Shown here: piece by piece, positions 1-12,768 of the stretch
Layout of the letters: each line of letters begins with the position of its first letter
Numbering within the stretch: the first letter of the stretch is position 1
Origin: Octopus bimaculoides
Taxonomy: Eukaryota
DNA: 53,060 nt
NCBI RefSeq assembly: GCF_001194135.2
Contig: NC_068982.1
Span: 125,649,100-125,702,159, forward strand
Direction of reading: 5' to 3'
Translations under genes and position numbers: made by a program
The notes under the pieces: generated by a model
Told to the model about the DNA's origin: nothing
Databases searched by the model: none
The model's input: the letters and a program-made list of their open reading frames with translations, nothing else

Positions 1-395
1 CAGCTCTGTTAAAGAAACGAGCTGCGGAAAATCGCGTCTGACGAAAGGCGACTACACCTGTTCACCGTCCAGGAAGCGCCTGAGATGTCGTAGCCTGAGC
101 GCATGTTTGCGCATCAGCAACCACGGCATGCCAAGGCCTCCGTTCAGCGGCTGTTGACAGCAGATAGAGCGCCTGACCAGTGGTACCTGACCCTTCCACA
201 AAAAGTTGAAGAGCAAGCGTACTATCTTGGTTAACCAGCGGTCGGGACAAGGGACGACGGTCAAACGGTAATAGATGACGGATGCGATGTACGCATTCGC
301 TACCTCCGCTCGACCTTTCAAGGAGAGCTTCCTCTCAGCCCATTTCTGGGTGAGGTTGGCCACCCTGTTCGTCACTTCTTCCCAGTTTTTAATAA
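1..395 (-). mobile_element. L1/Tx1-clade non-LTR retrotransposon, post-RT ORF2 fragment
   Basis: ORF 52-474 encodes WAERKLSLKGRAEVANAYIASVIYYRL...FNFLWKG...PLNGGLGMP, typical of the region C-terminal to RT in Tx1/L1; runs off the window edge. Confidence 0.8.
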
Positions 396-552
396 TAATA
401 AACCATAGCCAAAGTTCTACATTAGTAATCACCACTAACATGTGTGTGTAAACTTGACACTCCATACTTTTCACGTCTTCCCCATATTTTTTAACATCTA
501 TCTTGAATTTTTAGATGAATGTATCGACCTCAGTATTTATGTTTTTCTTTTG

Positions 553-720
553 TTTAGCCTGGTACTTATTCTATAGGTCTTCTCTGCCGAACCGCTAAGT
601 TACGGGGACGTAAGCACACCAACACCGCTTCTAGCTTTATATGAACCCACTGGAATATAACCAATACCGCTTGTCAAGCATTGGTAGGATTGTGCACGGG
701 CACGTACGCGCGGACACAGA
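553..720 (-). mobile_element. SINE family A (CORE-like), 3' fragment
   Basis: Matches gccgaaccgctaagttacggggacgtaa segment of the full copy at 3498-3902. Confidence 0.7.
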
Positions 721-1089
721 CACATTTAAAATTAGGAAATGGAACACCATTTTTTCCCCCCATTATTATGTCTTCTGCATGGTTATCGTTCACGAAGATA
801 GGAACGAGCATTGATATGCAAAGGTAAGATCGAAAGAACAAGGTGTAGGAAGATTGTGAGCTTCAAGCAATCCGTAGAAGATATAAAACACAACTTTCAG
901 GACCAATAGGGGTTTATTGTTGCAAAAGATTGTGATTTTTTTTCCATATCGAAGTACGATGAGATGCAAAAGACATGGAAATGGAAAAAAAATGCTACTT
1001 CATTTCTTAATTTTTGAATGGTATGTAAAATTCATTGACTTCATATAGTGGAACCCCTTTGTTTTATTCCGAAATCACTTGCGTGTATC

Positions 1090-1185
1090 ATTTCTTCTCT
1101 TTCTATAAACATTCTTTCACGTTCAGAATTGCTGTAGCATGGAATAAACTACCCGTATCAGTTGTTAACTATCAATACACTGCAC
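1090..1185 (+). mobile_element. CR1/L2-type LINE, extreme C-terminal remnant
   Basis: Translates KHSFTFRIAVAWNKLPVSVVN, resembling the CR1 ORF2 terminal motif RVVNxWNxLP. Confidence 0.5.
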
Positions 1186-1204
1186 TCATGTTTTCTATGC
1201 TTCT

Positions 1205-1480
1205 GGCGAGCTGGCGGAATCGTTAGCATGCCAGGCGAAACGCTTCGCAGAATTTTGTCCGTCTTTACGTTCTGAGTTCAATTTCCGCCTTTCATCTCTT
1301 CGGGGTCGATAAATTAAGTACCAGTTAGAGACTGGGGTCGGCTAAATCTGTTTGTCTGTCCTTGCTTGTCCCCTCTATGTTTAGCCCCTTGTGGGCAATA
1401 AAGAAATAAGAATTTCGTCCGTCGTTAAGTTCTGAGTTCAAATTTCGCCGAGGTTGACTTTGCCTTTCATCGTTGAGTAT
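1205..1480 (+). mobile_element. SINE family B (tRNA-like head ggcgagctggcagaa), one copy plus a partial second copy
   Basis: A/B-box-like head, ttctgagttcaaattccgcc, ggggtcgataaattaagtaccag; more than 10 relatives in the window. Confidence 0.8.
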
Positions 1481-1500
1481 CAGTCAAGTATTATTATTAT

Positions 1501-2092
1501 TGTTTTTGAACAGCTTCTAACGCTGGAGATGTACTACAGTGTTAGCTGTTCACTACCAGTGAACTAAGGTAACATCTCCTATTTTTCGAGCACCTACCGG
1601 AGTGTTTCAGCGGTTCCAAACAGAGTTGTTTTCTGCAAGTGCTCCACCCTTATTGTAACCCCTATTTGTTCCACGTACTTCTCGAAATTTTGCTCACTGT
1701 TCCCAGGGCTCCGATAATTATTGGTACTACTGCTACCTTTTTCATCGACCACAACTGCTTAACTTCCCAAACTAACCTGTCATATCTCTCGACTTTTCTT
1801 TCTTCCTTATCGCATACTTTGTTGTCAGCTGGGCATGCTATATCTATGATCCAGCATAGTTTGTTTTCTTTCTCAATTAAGACTATGTCTGGCTTCCTGT
1901 TCTCTATTTCATGGTCGCACTGAATCATAAAATCCCATAAGATCTTTGCATTTCTATTTTCGACGATGCCTTCAGGTTTGTGGTCGTACCAATTTTTTGC
2001 TCTGTCAAGTCCATACTTGTTGCAAAGTGTCCAATGGACAAGCCTGGCTATAGTGTCGTGGCGTCTCTTATATTCCTTCTGGGCCAGTGGCG
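1501..2092 (-). mobile_element. 5'-truncated R4/Dong-type RLE non-LTR retrotransposon in a (TAA)n tract
   Basis: YKRRHDTIARLVHW...WDFMIQCDHEIENRKPDIVL...IIDIACP...PIIIGALG (PD-(D/E)xK RLE), frameshifted tail, 3' UTR; (TAT)n on both flanks. Confidence 0.85.
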
Positions 2093-2414
2093 TATTATTA
2101 TTACTATTATTATTATTATTGTGTCAAGTGAGGTAGAGGAGACTGCGTGGATTAAAATTAGTCTATAATAGTGTCAGGGACACAATTAACTTTCACAACA
2201 TTTTTGCTGCTATTTCTAGCATTCTAGAACAATGTTGGAGAAGCATTCATTTGTGAGTGAAATTTCACTCACATTCAAATTTGGAACCGCTCCCTAATGA
2301 AGAGACTACAAAATATAGATAAACCAATTTAAATGAAAACCTTTTCACCTCTAATACCATAAATAGTAAATAATTCAATATGAGTTGCATACCATGAATT
2401 CGTTGGTCTAAAAG

Positions 2415-2655
2415 CAGTGGTTCTCAACCGCCTCCGGACACCTTTTTTTACCTATTTCACTGGGGTGGACCCCCATAGCCATTCGGTGTTTAAAAATTCC
2501 TGTTATATTTTTAGAATTAAAAATCTTTAGGAATTGTATTAAAAAATTGTTAAAATATGCATTGTAGAAATATAACCAATTTATAAAACAAATTTTATCA
2601 ACAAAATCTTACTTGGACCCCCGGGGGACATATGGACTCCGGTTGAGAATCCCTG
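2415..2655. mobile_element. hAT (Charlie-like) MITE
   Basis: TIRs cagtggttctcaacc / ggttgagaatccctg; near-TSD tctaaaag / gtctaaag; same family as 24533-24782. Confidence 0.8.
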
Positions 2656-3497
2656 GTCTAAAGAATTCTTTATTTTCTCAGCATGGATATAGGTCCTACA
2701 AGTTTTTTTATGCACATGCAAATCGTTTCTGATTCTAAAAAAAGTTCTTCGCCGCTTACGTAAAAGATTTATTGACTCATTATCATGGGTGTTGTTCTTA
2801 ACCGTCGTCGTTGAAATTGTTGATATTCCAAATGCTTTGGCGTTAATAAGTAATACATTTTTGTAAGAATCTATCCCAACATCGAAAAGATTTGCAAAGA
2901 TCGTGACCACTTACCCCGGCTCTACAACGTCCCTTGTCTAACTTGTTATTTTAAAAATATAATTATTATTCTAAATTATAATTTGTTTTTAAATGATAAT
3001 AATAATTCTCTCTAATGTTAGCTGTTTCTGTCTTTGAACTGCGGCTGTGTAGAGGCACTGCCTGATAGGGTTTAGTCAAATAAATTGAGCCAGTATTTAT
3101 TTTTAAGTCTGATATTTATTTTATCGCTCTTTTGCCGAACTGCTAGGTTAATGAAACGTAAACAAACCAACACTGGTTATCAAGCGATGGTGGGGAAGAG
3201 CAGGCACAAGCACAAAGACATGCACATACACATACACACAACGTTCTACACAGTTGCTGTCTATAATATTTACTCACAAAAGCATTGGTCGACCAAGTAA
3301 TTGTAGAAGACACTTGCTAAGGGGCTGTGCCGTGGCGCTGAGCCGAAAGCCACGTGGTTGCAAAGCGAGCTTCTTAATAACACAGTTAACGTAGTTTCCA
3401 ATATTTTATTCCTTTTATCTGCGTCTTGTGGAGCTGAGGATTATAAATATTAAGATGTAGTTTGAAAGGGCTGAGAAGTCGAATTTAGAAGATAAAT

Positions 3498-3902
3498 TAT
3501 TCTTTTACTTGTTTCAGTCATTTGACTGTGGCCATGCTGGAGCACCGCCTTTAGTCGAGCAAATCGACCCCAGGACTTATTCTTTGGAAGCCTAGTACTT
3601 ATTCTATCGGTCTCTTTTGCCGAACCGCTAAGTTACGGGGACGTAAACACACCAGCATCGGTTGTCAAGCGATGTGTGTGTGTGTGGGGGGGCAAACACA
3701 GACACACAAACATATACACACACATACATATACATATATACGACGGGCTTCTTTCAGTTTCCGTCTACCAAATCCACTCACAAGGCTTTGGTCGGCCCGA
3801 GGCTACAGAAGAAGACACTTGCCCAAGGTGCCACGCAGTGGGACTGAACCCGGAACCATGTGGTTGGTAAGCAAGCTACATACTACACAGCAACTCCTGC
3901 GT
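3498..3902 (-). mobile_element. Full-length SINE family A (tRNA head, CORE-like accttgggcaagtgtctt, internal (TA/TG)n)
   Basis: Head aggagttgctgtgtagt...ggttccgggttcagtcccact, tail ...gaaacaagtaaaag. Confidence 0.85.
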
Positions 3903-5473
3903 CTAATTAAAAAACATAATTAACAAAACTAACTGATTATATAAATATTTATTGCCAGCAAGGACACAGTATTTCGTTTTGCAACCATAATATAACTACG
4001 AAGTATATTAAAGGTTTACAAGTCAATATTGTGCCTTACTTTTGAGTTAGCAGAGCGAATGTTCTTAATTTTATCTCAGCAGATTTTCTATAGACTTCAG
4101 AGACACCCTGATAGTTAGTTACATCGTAACTTTCATTGCTGGCTCTGAATTCTACAGAAAATCTGTAGAGATAAACTTAAGAATGAGAATATTCAAAGTA
4201 TCTGTAATAGATAGTGAATTGGCTGAATAGTTAGAGCATCGGATAGAATGCTACGCGTTATGTTTCGATCTTGTATGAGGCTGACTTTGCTTACTTCATT
4301 TCAGGGTTGATAAAAAAGCACACAGCCAAAGCGGTAGATTAGCAAAACTATAAGCACGCCGGACTAGATGCCTTACCATATTTATTCGCCTCTCACTATT
4401 CTGAGCTTAAATTCCACCATGACCTCCTTAGGTGGCCTTGTGTTTAACACCACCATCCGCCACCATGGATAACTTTAGCGGATACTTCATTGATGAGAGC
4501 ATTCGGTTAGGTCTCTGGTTTGAGGATATCTTCTCTTCTACTTCCCATTCTCAGACACCCTGTAAAGGATCTCTTGATGAAAAAATAGAATGAAAAAAAT
4601 TTCTTGGCAGCCTCCTTTTCATTGCTCCATTTTATTCTCAACTACTAAAACGAATTATGCTTTTAATCAGTTTATATTTCTGAAAGATTGAAATCTTCCA
4701 CTGAACGATGGAAGTAACCAAGTGTTAAATGTAACGAGAAATACAGAGAGAATGGAAGTTTAGGGTATCTGTCTTGCAGCCTGAAAAGAACCGGAAACGT
4801 CTTCTGATATTTGCACACCGGGTAATTTCAGGCAACGTACTCGATCGACATCTTCCTTGTGGAAGTAAATGGGGCCATCTATCTCGTTTACTGCTTGTTG
4901 AAATAATTATATGACCTTTTTGTTTTTTTAATTTTCTCCATGTTTAGATCCCATTTTTAACCGCGGGGGAAGGGGTGAGGAAGGGGTGGGGAAAGGATGG
5001 GGAAAAGGGTGGAGGAAAGGGTGGGGAAATGAGTGGAGGAAGGGGCTGTGCTTGTGACCTTTGCAGACTTTTTGAAACTTGTGAAACTCATGTGAACAAG
5101 TCCTCCCTATGGATGTAAGTCGACATCTTTGAGGAGGACGAGGGCGAGAAGGAAATTCCAGAGAATTGACATCATTAAGAATAGAATGAGCCGATTGGGC
5201 GCGGCTGTTTAGGCACTGGTGATTTAGCACGGCTGAATGGACATTCAACATGTTTTGGTGAGAGTACGCTTTGGAACTGGAGGCAAACACGCGCGCGCAT
5301 GCGAGTGCAGAAATAAACGCAGAGAAAGGGGAGGGAGAGGGGAAGAGGAGAGAGGAGAGAGGAGAGGGGAGGAAGAGAGAGACAATTTATTAATTGGATA
5401 CGATTGACATAAACACTTTTCCTTTACTCATACATACATACATACATATATATATANNNNNNNNNNNNNNNNN

Positions 5474-6579
5474 GTGAAACTACCTATCGCCATTATATAC
5501 AAAACTACTATCGCCATTATATTCAAACAAACCATCTTCTCACTATTATATATAAACAAGCGCGGGCGTAGTAGAAAACATCTTTCCCTGTCATCACGTG
5601 ACTGATTATTATTTGAAGCGGCAACTACTTGGTACCGTTCCCGCCAGAACGCAAACTGACCAACCGTGGCCCCTAATAAGGTCACGTGATAGAGTATTTT
5701 TCTGATGCCTTTGGGAGCCTACCATCAACTATAAATAGCCTAAATTTAGCGGCAAAATTCGNNNNNNNNNNACCATCAACTATAAATAGCCTAAATTTAG
5801 CGGCAAAATTCGTCTCGGTTCAGATCTCTTAGGGACCTGTTCCGTGTACCACACAGCAGCAGCAGCAGCCAGCGACAACAGGCACAGCTTCGTTCAACTA
5901 CAGCAAGCACAGCAGCAACACGACTCTACGACTACCGCCACCAGCATCGCCGCCAGCGTCAACACCACTTCAACTACGAACTACAAGATTCGCCACCGAC
6001 GTCGCCAACATAGTCAACACGACTTTCCACGTACACCAGCAACCAAACTACCGCGGCACATCTCTCTTCGATTCTGTTTCGTGATTCATCTTCACCACGA
6101 TAAGTAACAGACAAGAACCTAGCCTGCGACGAACATATGTATAACAAGAACCCGGCCCGGCATGGAAGCCACAACATCACAACTAGTGATCGCACTGCCA
6201 CACACACGCCTCAACTTCTTACATACAGACTCTTCCTCAACAAACCGGCAAATGCTCACACGTGTTACNNNNNNNNNNACTTCTTACATACAGACTCTTC
6301 CTCAACAAACCGGCAAATGCTCACACGTGTTACTGACTCTTTCTATCTGCTGTATCTCACGCATTCACATACATTTGTGCACACACTCTTTTGTATACAC
6401 ACTATTCTATGTACATGGCGGCCTGTCTTTCATTATGATTTAATATGTCGCATTCACACTCACACACAGACATACATTTTAATGTCACAATAAATATTTC
6501 TGTTATTCATCTCAATCGGTTGTTCTATCGTCTTAATTGCTGGCAATTTACGAAATCACTATGTTATCGAAGTATAACA
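5474..6579 (+). mobile_element. Possible solo LTR
   Basis: TATA-like tataaatag near 5730, AATAAA near 6490, terminal ...tataaca; 5' end lost in a gap, so TG/TSD not verifiable. Confidence 0.4.
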
Positions 6580-6599
6580 TAGATATATCATCTTTGATA

Positions 6600-6866
6600 T
6601 ATTTTTGTGTTCGACCGTGTGACGCGTTTAAATAAAAGGAGTCCTGTTTTTTCCATTCGTCACCATTTCTCCTTTTGAGTTCGCACGGTCGTTCTTACAT
6701 ATATATATATTCAATTTTTTTTCTCCGTGTTTTTCTCCTTGTCTCCGTATTCTTTCTGTAGCTCGAAACGTTAAAGACTTTCCGTATTCCCGAGCGTCAT
6801 ACTAATACATCCTTTTGTTGTTTACACCACCTGTCCTCGTCTGTTGTTGTTTTTTCGTACATTCTC

Positions 6867-6868
<2 letters not shown>
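6600..6868 (+). mobile_element. Penelope-like pseudo-LTR remnant with broken hammerhead core
   Basis: gctcgaaacgttaaagact motif without the upstream CUGANGA; ends in (TA)n(GA)n. Confidence 0.45.
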
Positions 6869-6938
<70 letters not shown>

Positions 6939-6999
6939 TGAGTGTGTGTGTGAGTAAGAGAGAGAGATACTGAAACGAGATACACATCAAAACGCTTGA

Positions 7000-8010
7000 C
7001 GTCAAATATGTCAGCATAGAATCTTCCACACTAAACGGGCAGTGCCAAAACGGTTGCACTAAAACGCCTCATATTCCATTAGGAAGGCGGTTTGGACGAA
7101 GTGGTGTGCGCGAGCCTTGAGCAGTGGTGAGGAAAGGAGAAAGTGTGCTTCGGGTAGGCTTGCGTAGAACTGGTAAGCGCTTACTTAGTTCAGATAAGTA
7201 ATGGTCGTTGTAGTAGGAATATATTAGGTAAAATGAGGAGAAAATATGTACGTGGACAAGAAATTGTTGTCTTGAGGAGCGAGTATTTGCCAGTCTGTTG
7301 GATGACCTTCGTGCGGATCCGATTTAGAATATCTGTGTTCGTATCTCTTATTTCATTGTGGGTCCTTTTAGTTTCTAGAGAGTTGATTATTGATCGCGGT
7401 ATTTTGGAAACCTGAAGAGTAAGGCTAGTCTTCGAGATGTTGTCTTATCTGTGCTATATGTACGGGGTTACTGGGGCAAGTCATCAGAAATAGTAAGACC
7501 TAATTGTTGGTGCGATTCTAAGGGATTTAACTGTTGTTCAAGACTAAGAGTGCAAAGTACATGACATTGTTTTACTGAGCTGTTGAAAGAGACTAGTTCG
7601 GAGGGACTCTGTTAGAGGATGGATTGTAATGGCTCCACTGAAGATAGTCTTCGAAGTTTGTATTCATGGAAGCAGTGCAAATTTGGTTGAATGGGAAAGA
7701 CGTCTGTATGCAGAACGGTTAGGAAAAATAAAATTTGGTATCATTTGGTCAAAAACGAGCAAGAGGTCAATAATGTGCAGAAAAACAGTATTGATTTTAT
7801 TGATGAGATGAGTGATTTTTCCCCATGTGTTGTAGGCAGTATCGTCTTAAGGTATGATGAGCACACTGGGCTGTTCGGATTGTGTAGGCTTTGGTTGGGT
7901 AAGGAACTTGAAGGGAAATGCTTAAAAGCATAGTTGCTTATTTAGATCTCTAATTTCCAACAAGACTATTGTAGTAACAATATTTGTAACGAGGAAGATC
8001 AAAACAAGGC
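7000..8010 (-). mobile_element. Degenerate retroelement-like coding remnant, possibly a PLE ORF N-terminus
   Basis: Stop-interrupted protein-like frame MPCFDLPRYKYCYYNSLVGN*RSK...; no diagnostic catalytic motif seen. Confidence 0.25.
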
Positions 8011-9364
8011 AACAAACGATGTACTCTTTAAATGTCCTTGTTAAACGACACCAGCTGCGAAATTCTCATATTTGATTCTATCAACAGGTTAACTAACCAT
8101 CGGTATCACACATTACTTGAACCTTAGCGTTGACCCATTTCGATGTTGTTTACTTGGTGTACGGATAAAGTTTCTGGGGGTAGGGGAGAGAGGGAGAGAC
8201 AAACAAAGTTTGAAGGCCACGTTGTTGAGAAAGCATTTTGTACTAAGATACTTTCCACTAAGTTAATTTTAGATAAGACGGACTGATCGATAAATAGCGA
8301 ACTAATTAAATAATCATATACACAAAAGGATATAACGTTGTAGAGGTAGATAAAGGCATTAAGAGTAATAATGTCCAAACAGACATTAACTGCAAACGAT
8401 TTTCTCGGTCTCAGAAATTCTACAAAGGCCTCTTTCTTCAGGCTAAACCAATATCACCACGTACACACACACGTCCACATTCTTATACAGACGGTCCTAT
8501 ACTTCACTCTCAACATTCCATGCATTGGTGACATCGACAAGAGGACCACAAGACTGTGGCAGAGTTCCTTTGTGGCGTCGGCTGGAATATTCGTCTTAAT
8601 CATCAACATTAAAAAACATTGAATATAAATGTAATGCCACAATATTATGTAAGCTGTTTTCAATCTGTACATGTCATGACTCACTTAAATATCTTTGTTT
8701 GATTACCTTACTGTGCTTAAGATACGAACAAAACGTGATCTTTTTTTCACATGTAATTTCATCATATATAAAATATAATGGCATTGTGTCTTCTTTTCCG
8801 TGAAATTTTTCTTGTGACTTTTTCTCCTGTGACTTTATTACCGGACACCCGACAGACATGCACAGTTATAAACAGAAACCACAAAAGCAACCTTCAGTGG
8901 ATGTTTGACAACCCGCCTCCTCTAAAAGGCATCATTAAACGCATCTAGGAAACAATCTTGCAGCACTCCGTCATTTTCAACTTATGAATAAACACAAAGC
9001 TTTAAATTTGCTGCACATACTGAACCTCATGCTCTTAGTGTTTTAAGACCACCCTACTATCTGCAGTATTGCCTAAAACTGTTTGCTGAATAGTTATTGA
9101 AATTGTCTCCTCTGAAATAGTAAGCTTGTAATACTCTAAGCCAACTCAATGCCCGTGCCTCAGCTCTTCTCGTCATCTCTATTGTTTTTTTCGCCATATA
9201 ATCAACATTTCTCTCAAATTTTGTCTAAATTGTTACCATCTTTCCCTTCCAAACTTACTTTAGAGACTCTAGCATGGGGATGATGCATTTTTCGACAAAT
9301 TAAACAGCTGAAAAGAAACCAAGAAGGAAAATGAAAAAAACGCTGTTACCAAGCTATCGATATT

Positions 9365-9588
9365 TCTCAAACATAGGCGTTGTCATCACTTCGCAACCAT
9401 GTAGTTTCGAGTTCTGTTCTACAGCGCGTCACCTTGGGCAAGTGTCTTCTACAATAGTAATGGGCTGACCAAAGTCTGGTAAGTGGATTTGGTAGAGAGA
9501 AACTGTGAAGGCTCGCTATATATATATAAATATATAAGCGAGAGAGACGAAGGGAAAGAATGTGTGTGTGGGAGAGAGAGAGAGAGAG

Positions 9589-9641
<53 letters not shown>

Positions 9642-10112
9642 ACGTGCGTGCGTGCCTTTGTTTATTCTCTAACTGCTTGACTGAAACAAGTAAAAACATA
9701 CCAGTTAGAGCAATATATCCCATCAGTCTTCTTTCAAGCTTTTCGAGTTCACAAATTTTGGTAACATTAATATTATCTTTGACTTGGTGACCTAAGTTAT
9801 AATGTTCGATTGGCAATTATGAATCGTTGCTTCGTAATGTAAATACATGCTAATAATTTCTGACATAATAATCGCGTAACCATCATGATACTTCATCTGC
9901 TAGCGGCAGACTAAATAAATTAGCATGCGCAGGCATGGCTGTGTGGTTAAGAGGCTCACTTAGCAGCCATGATGTATCGTATTCTGTCCCACCGCGTGGT
10001 GTCTTGAGCAAGTGTCTTCTACTATGATTATGGGCCCACCAATATTATAGCCCCATACCGACTAATGTCTTGTGAGTGAATTTGGTTGAAGGAAACTGTG
10101 TGGAAGCCCGTC
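9365..10112 (+). mobile_element. Two degenerate SINE A 5' halves (about 9365-9500 and 9928-10112) around (GA)n(GT)n
   Basis: Both contain ccttg(g/a)gcaagtgtcttctac and gtg(g/a)atttggt. Confidence 0.7.
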
Positions 10113-10290
10113 ATATAAGTATCTGTTTGTATATCTTGGTATCACCGGCAGAAATAACAAGCATCTACTATAATAATACGCTTGTGTTTTTCCCCATCAC
10201 AACATTTGAATGAAAAAGGAAGGAGTGATAGATGAATAAGGAAGGAAGGGGTTATAGCAAACTAGTAATGGGAACGTTTCAACTGTGTGA

Positions 10291-10354
<64 letters not shown>

Positions 10355-10480
10355 AAGGGAAGTACGTGAATGCTTGTATGTGTGAACCAACGTTCTTTCA
10401 GTAACAAATGATGATCGATGTCACATCACAAAAGACACCCACCAGATAACATTGACAAGTGTATTAATTTGATTTACCAT

Positions 10481-10542
10481 CCATATTTATATATAAAATA
10501 CTACAATTAGCCGCCATTTCTGACGGCACGGGGTCAGCTAGT
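10481..10542 (+). mobile_element. Helitron 3' terminus
   Basis: Hairpin gccgcc-atttct-gacggc followed by CTAG-T; homologous to the reverse complement of about 45757-45818. Confidence 0.7.
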
Positions 10543-10812
10543 TATAAATAATAAGCATGGATCACGAAAAAAAGAAATTAAAGCATAACAGTATATCACT
10601 TGATACGCTCCTCCGTAATTGCTACATAGAGTGAAAGAATGCCCATATAAACTGCATCACGAGTTTGAAGGAATGAGATTTATCTTTTATAAATTTGTCT
10701 TTTATACCAGTAGTCTCCGCCCTTTTTTACACCACCAACCGGTTTCATACAACATAGTTTTTCCACGGATCGGGAGATTACGCGCATAATGAACACAATA
10801 AAGTGCATAGTA

Positions 10813-11011
10813 CAGTAATCCCTCGACTATCACGGGTGTTACGTTTCCCCCACCTCCCGCAATAGATGAAAATCCGCGAAGTAGACACAGTACTGTATTT
10901 TTAAAAATTATTTTTATAATTTGCATATATTTATTTTAGTATAAATGCAAGACAACACCACCGAGGAATCGACGTAAGCTTAAATTACAAACTGCGGGCG
11001 AGGGATTACTG
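10813..11011. mobile_element. pogo/Tigger-type Tc1-mariner MITE
   Basis: Perfect 13-bp TIR cagtaatccctcg; TA on the left flank. Confidence 0.75.
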
Positions 11012-11039
11012 AATATGATTCACTTATTACATATACCCT

Positions 11040-11245
11040 TTCTCTTGTCAGCACGAGGTCTGAAATTTTTGAGGAAGGGTAAGTCGATTACATCGACCCC
11101 AGTGCTCAGCTGACACTTATCGACCCTGAAAGGATTAAAGATAAAGTCAATCTCCGCAGAATTTCAACTCAGAGCATTAAAGACGGACGAAATGCTTGTA
11201 AGCATTTTGTCCGACGTTCTAGCGATTCTGCTAGCTCGCCGCCTT
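11040..11245 (-). mobile_element. SINE family B
   Basis: Reverse complement of the family B head and body. Confidence 0.8.
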
Positions 11246-11433
11246 CAACTATTGTATATATAACACATATATAGTAGTTATATATTTTATTACGTTTATG
11301 AATTTGTGTTGCAAGATTCCTGATATGAAACCGTGTGTTGAAACAGATATTGTTATATTTCGGGATGGTAAATTTTTTCCCCCGAATAAACACACGTACT
11401 ATATATTCGTTCTTCATTCGTTTATTACTGTTA

Positions 11434-11952
11434 TGGAAATCTTTCGTCGGATCTATTCCATTTCATGCACAGATTTTTTAATTAATTTTTTTTTTTTAAC
11501 TAAATACTTTGAAATTTCAGTTACTGGTAGAATGTGTCACGTAGAACAGGGTTTACTCTTAGTGTTTTTGACAAAATTTTGTATTTTAGAAGTTATTTCG
11601 TGTTAAAGTTGTCGTATTTGGGTAATTTTAACCAATCGATGACGTGTATTCAGCTGAAGAAAATTACTGCTGCTGCTTGCGAACAACAACTTCCGGGTCC
11701 ATTGACAAAACGATGAATCTTCAACAACAGAAAAATTTTTAAATCAATTAAAAAATCTGTACATGAGATGTAATTGATCCCTTTCGTCACATATCTATGA
11801 CCTCAACAGCGACCATTTCCGTCCACGTATCTTCCTGCTCCGCTTAATCCATTCTGTATCACAGAAGGACAGAATCGATTAAGCGGAGCAGGAAGACACG
11901 TGGACGGAAAGGGTTGCTGAAGAGGTCATACATGTGTGACGAAAGATTTCCA
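11434..11952. mobile_element. About 180-bp hairpin MITE interrupted by a GG-MITE
   Basis: tggaaatctttcgtcaca...ccgcttaatc arm is the reverse complement of 11878-11952. Confidence 0.75.
11449..11780. mobile_element. GGATC-ended MITE with 8-bp TSD (diverged relative of the 26584 family)
   Basis: About 40-bp imperfect TIR; TSD CTTTCGTC at 11441-11448 and 11781-11788; shares actggtagaatgtgtca and gttaaagttgtcgtattt core. Confidence 0.85.
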
Positions 11953-12449
11953 GACAATGGACATAAGATAAAATAAGGACAGTAATAAGTACTTTTTGGT
12001 TATCTCACCCCTATTAAAAAATTGCCATTAAAAAATTGGGTAATCTCCTCACTAAAAAATCGAGTTAATATGGCGACAAAAGACTGGATTAAAAGAGTTA
12101 GATCCTTTTGATTCAATACTTCAACACACTGTTGACGTTTGGCCTCCTAAAACAGGCATGGTATGGATTTGTTATAAAAATATTATCAGATTCAAAACGA
12201 TGTTTCATCTCTTCACTTTTTCATTTTTTTTGTTTTGTTTTATTGAGGGTTAAACAATTTTTTAGTTGAAGGAGATAACCAAAAACACCGATATTTCTCG
12301 TAAAACGGTAAGGGGGGGGGGAGATAACCCAATCTTTTAATGGTACCCATTAATAAGTGAGTACCCATTAATAAACGAGAGAAGAACGAATATAGTGTTT
12401 ATTTGAGAAAGAAAAATCAAATTACCATCCCGAAATACCGAAATTACCA

Positions 12450-12754
12450 TCTTCTACTATAGCCCCGGGCCGACCAAAGCCTTGTGAGTGGATTTGGTAG
12501 ACGGAAACTGAAAAGAAACCCGTCGTATATATGTATATATGTGTATATGTATGTGTGTGTATATGTTTGTCCCCCCAACATCGCTTAACCGGTGCTGGTG
12601 TGTTTACGTCCCCGTAAATTAGCGGTTCGGCAAAAAGAGACCGATAGAATAAGTACTAGGCTTACAAAGAATAAGTCCTGGGGTCGATTTGCTCGACTAA
12701 AGGTAGTGCTCCAGCATGGCCACAGTCAAATGACTGAAACAAGTAAAAGAGTAA
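12450..12754 (+). mobile_element. 5'-truncated SINE family A
   Basis: Body and tail match 3498-3902 and 30045-30392. Confidence 0.85.
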
Positions 12755-12768
12755 ATATAACAATACTT

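Larger units (their letters stand above)
11351..12762. mobile_element. TGT-ended TIR element (Ginger-like by inference) hosting nested inserts
   Basis: Left tgttatatttcgggatggtaa...tatattcgttcttc mirrored at about 12365-12450, resuming after the SINE as aatataaca; flanks atat/atac. Confidence 0.55.

Noticed and set aside
5722-5812. Direct repeats flanking short gaps (also near 6220-6330, 33611/33865 and 51530-51640)
   Set aside because: Identical sequence on either side of N runs is typical of contig-overlap artefacts
8360-9060. Possible transposase remnant on the minus strand
   Set aside because: Protein-like stretches but no motif I could identify
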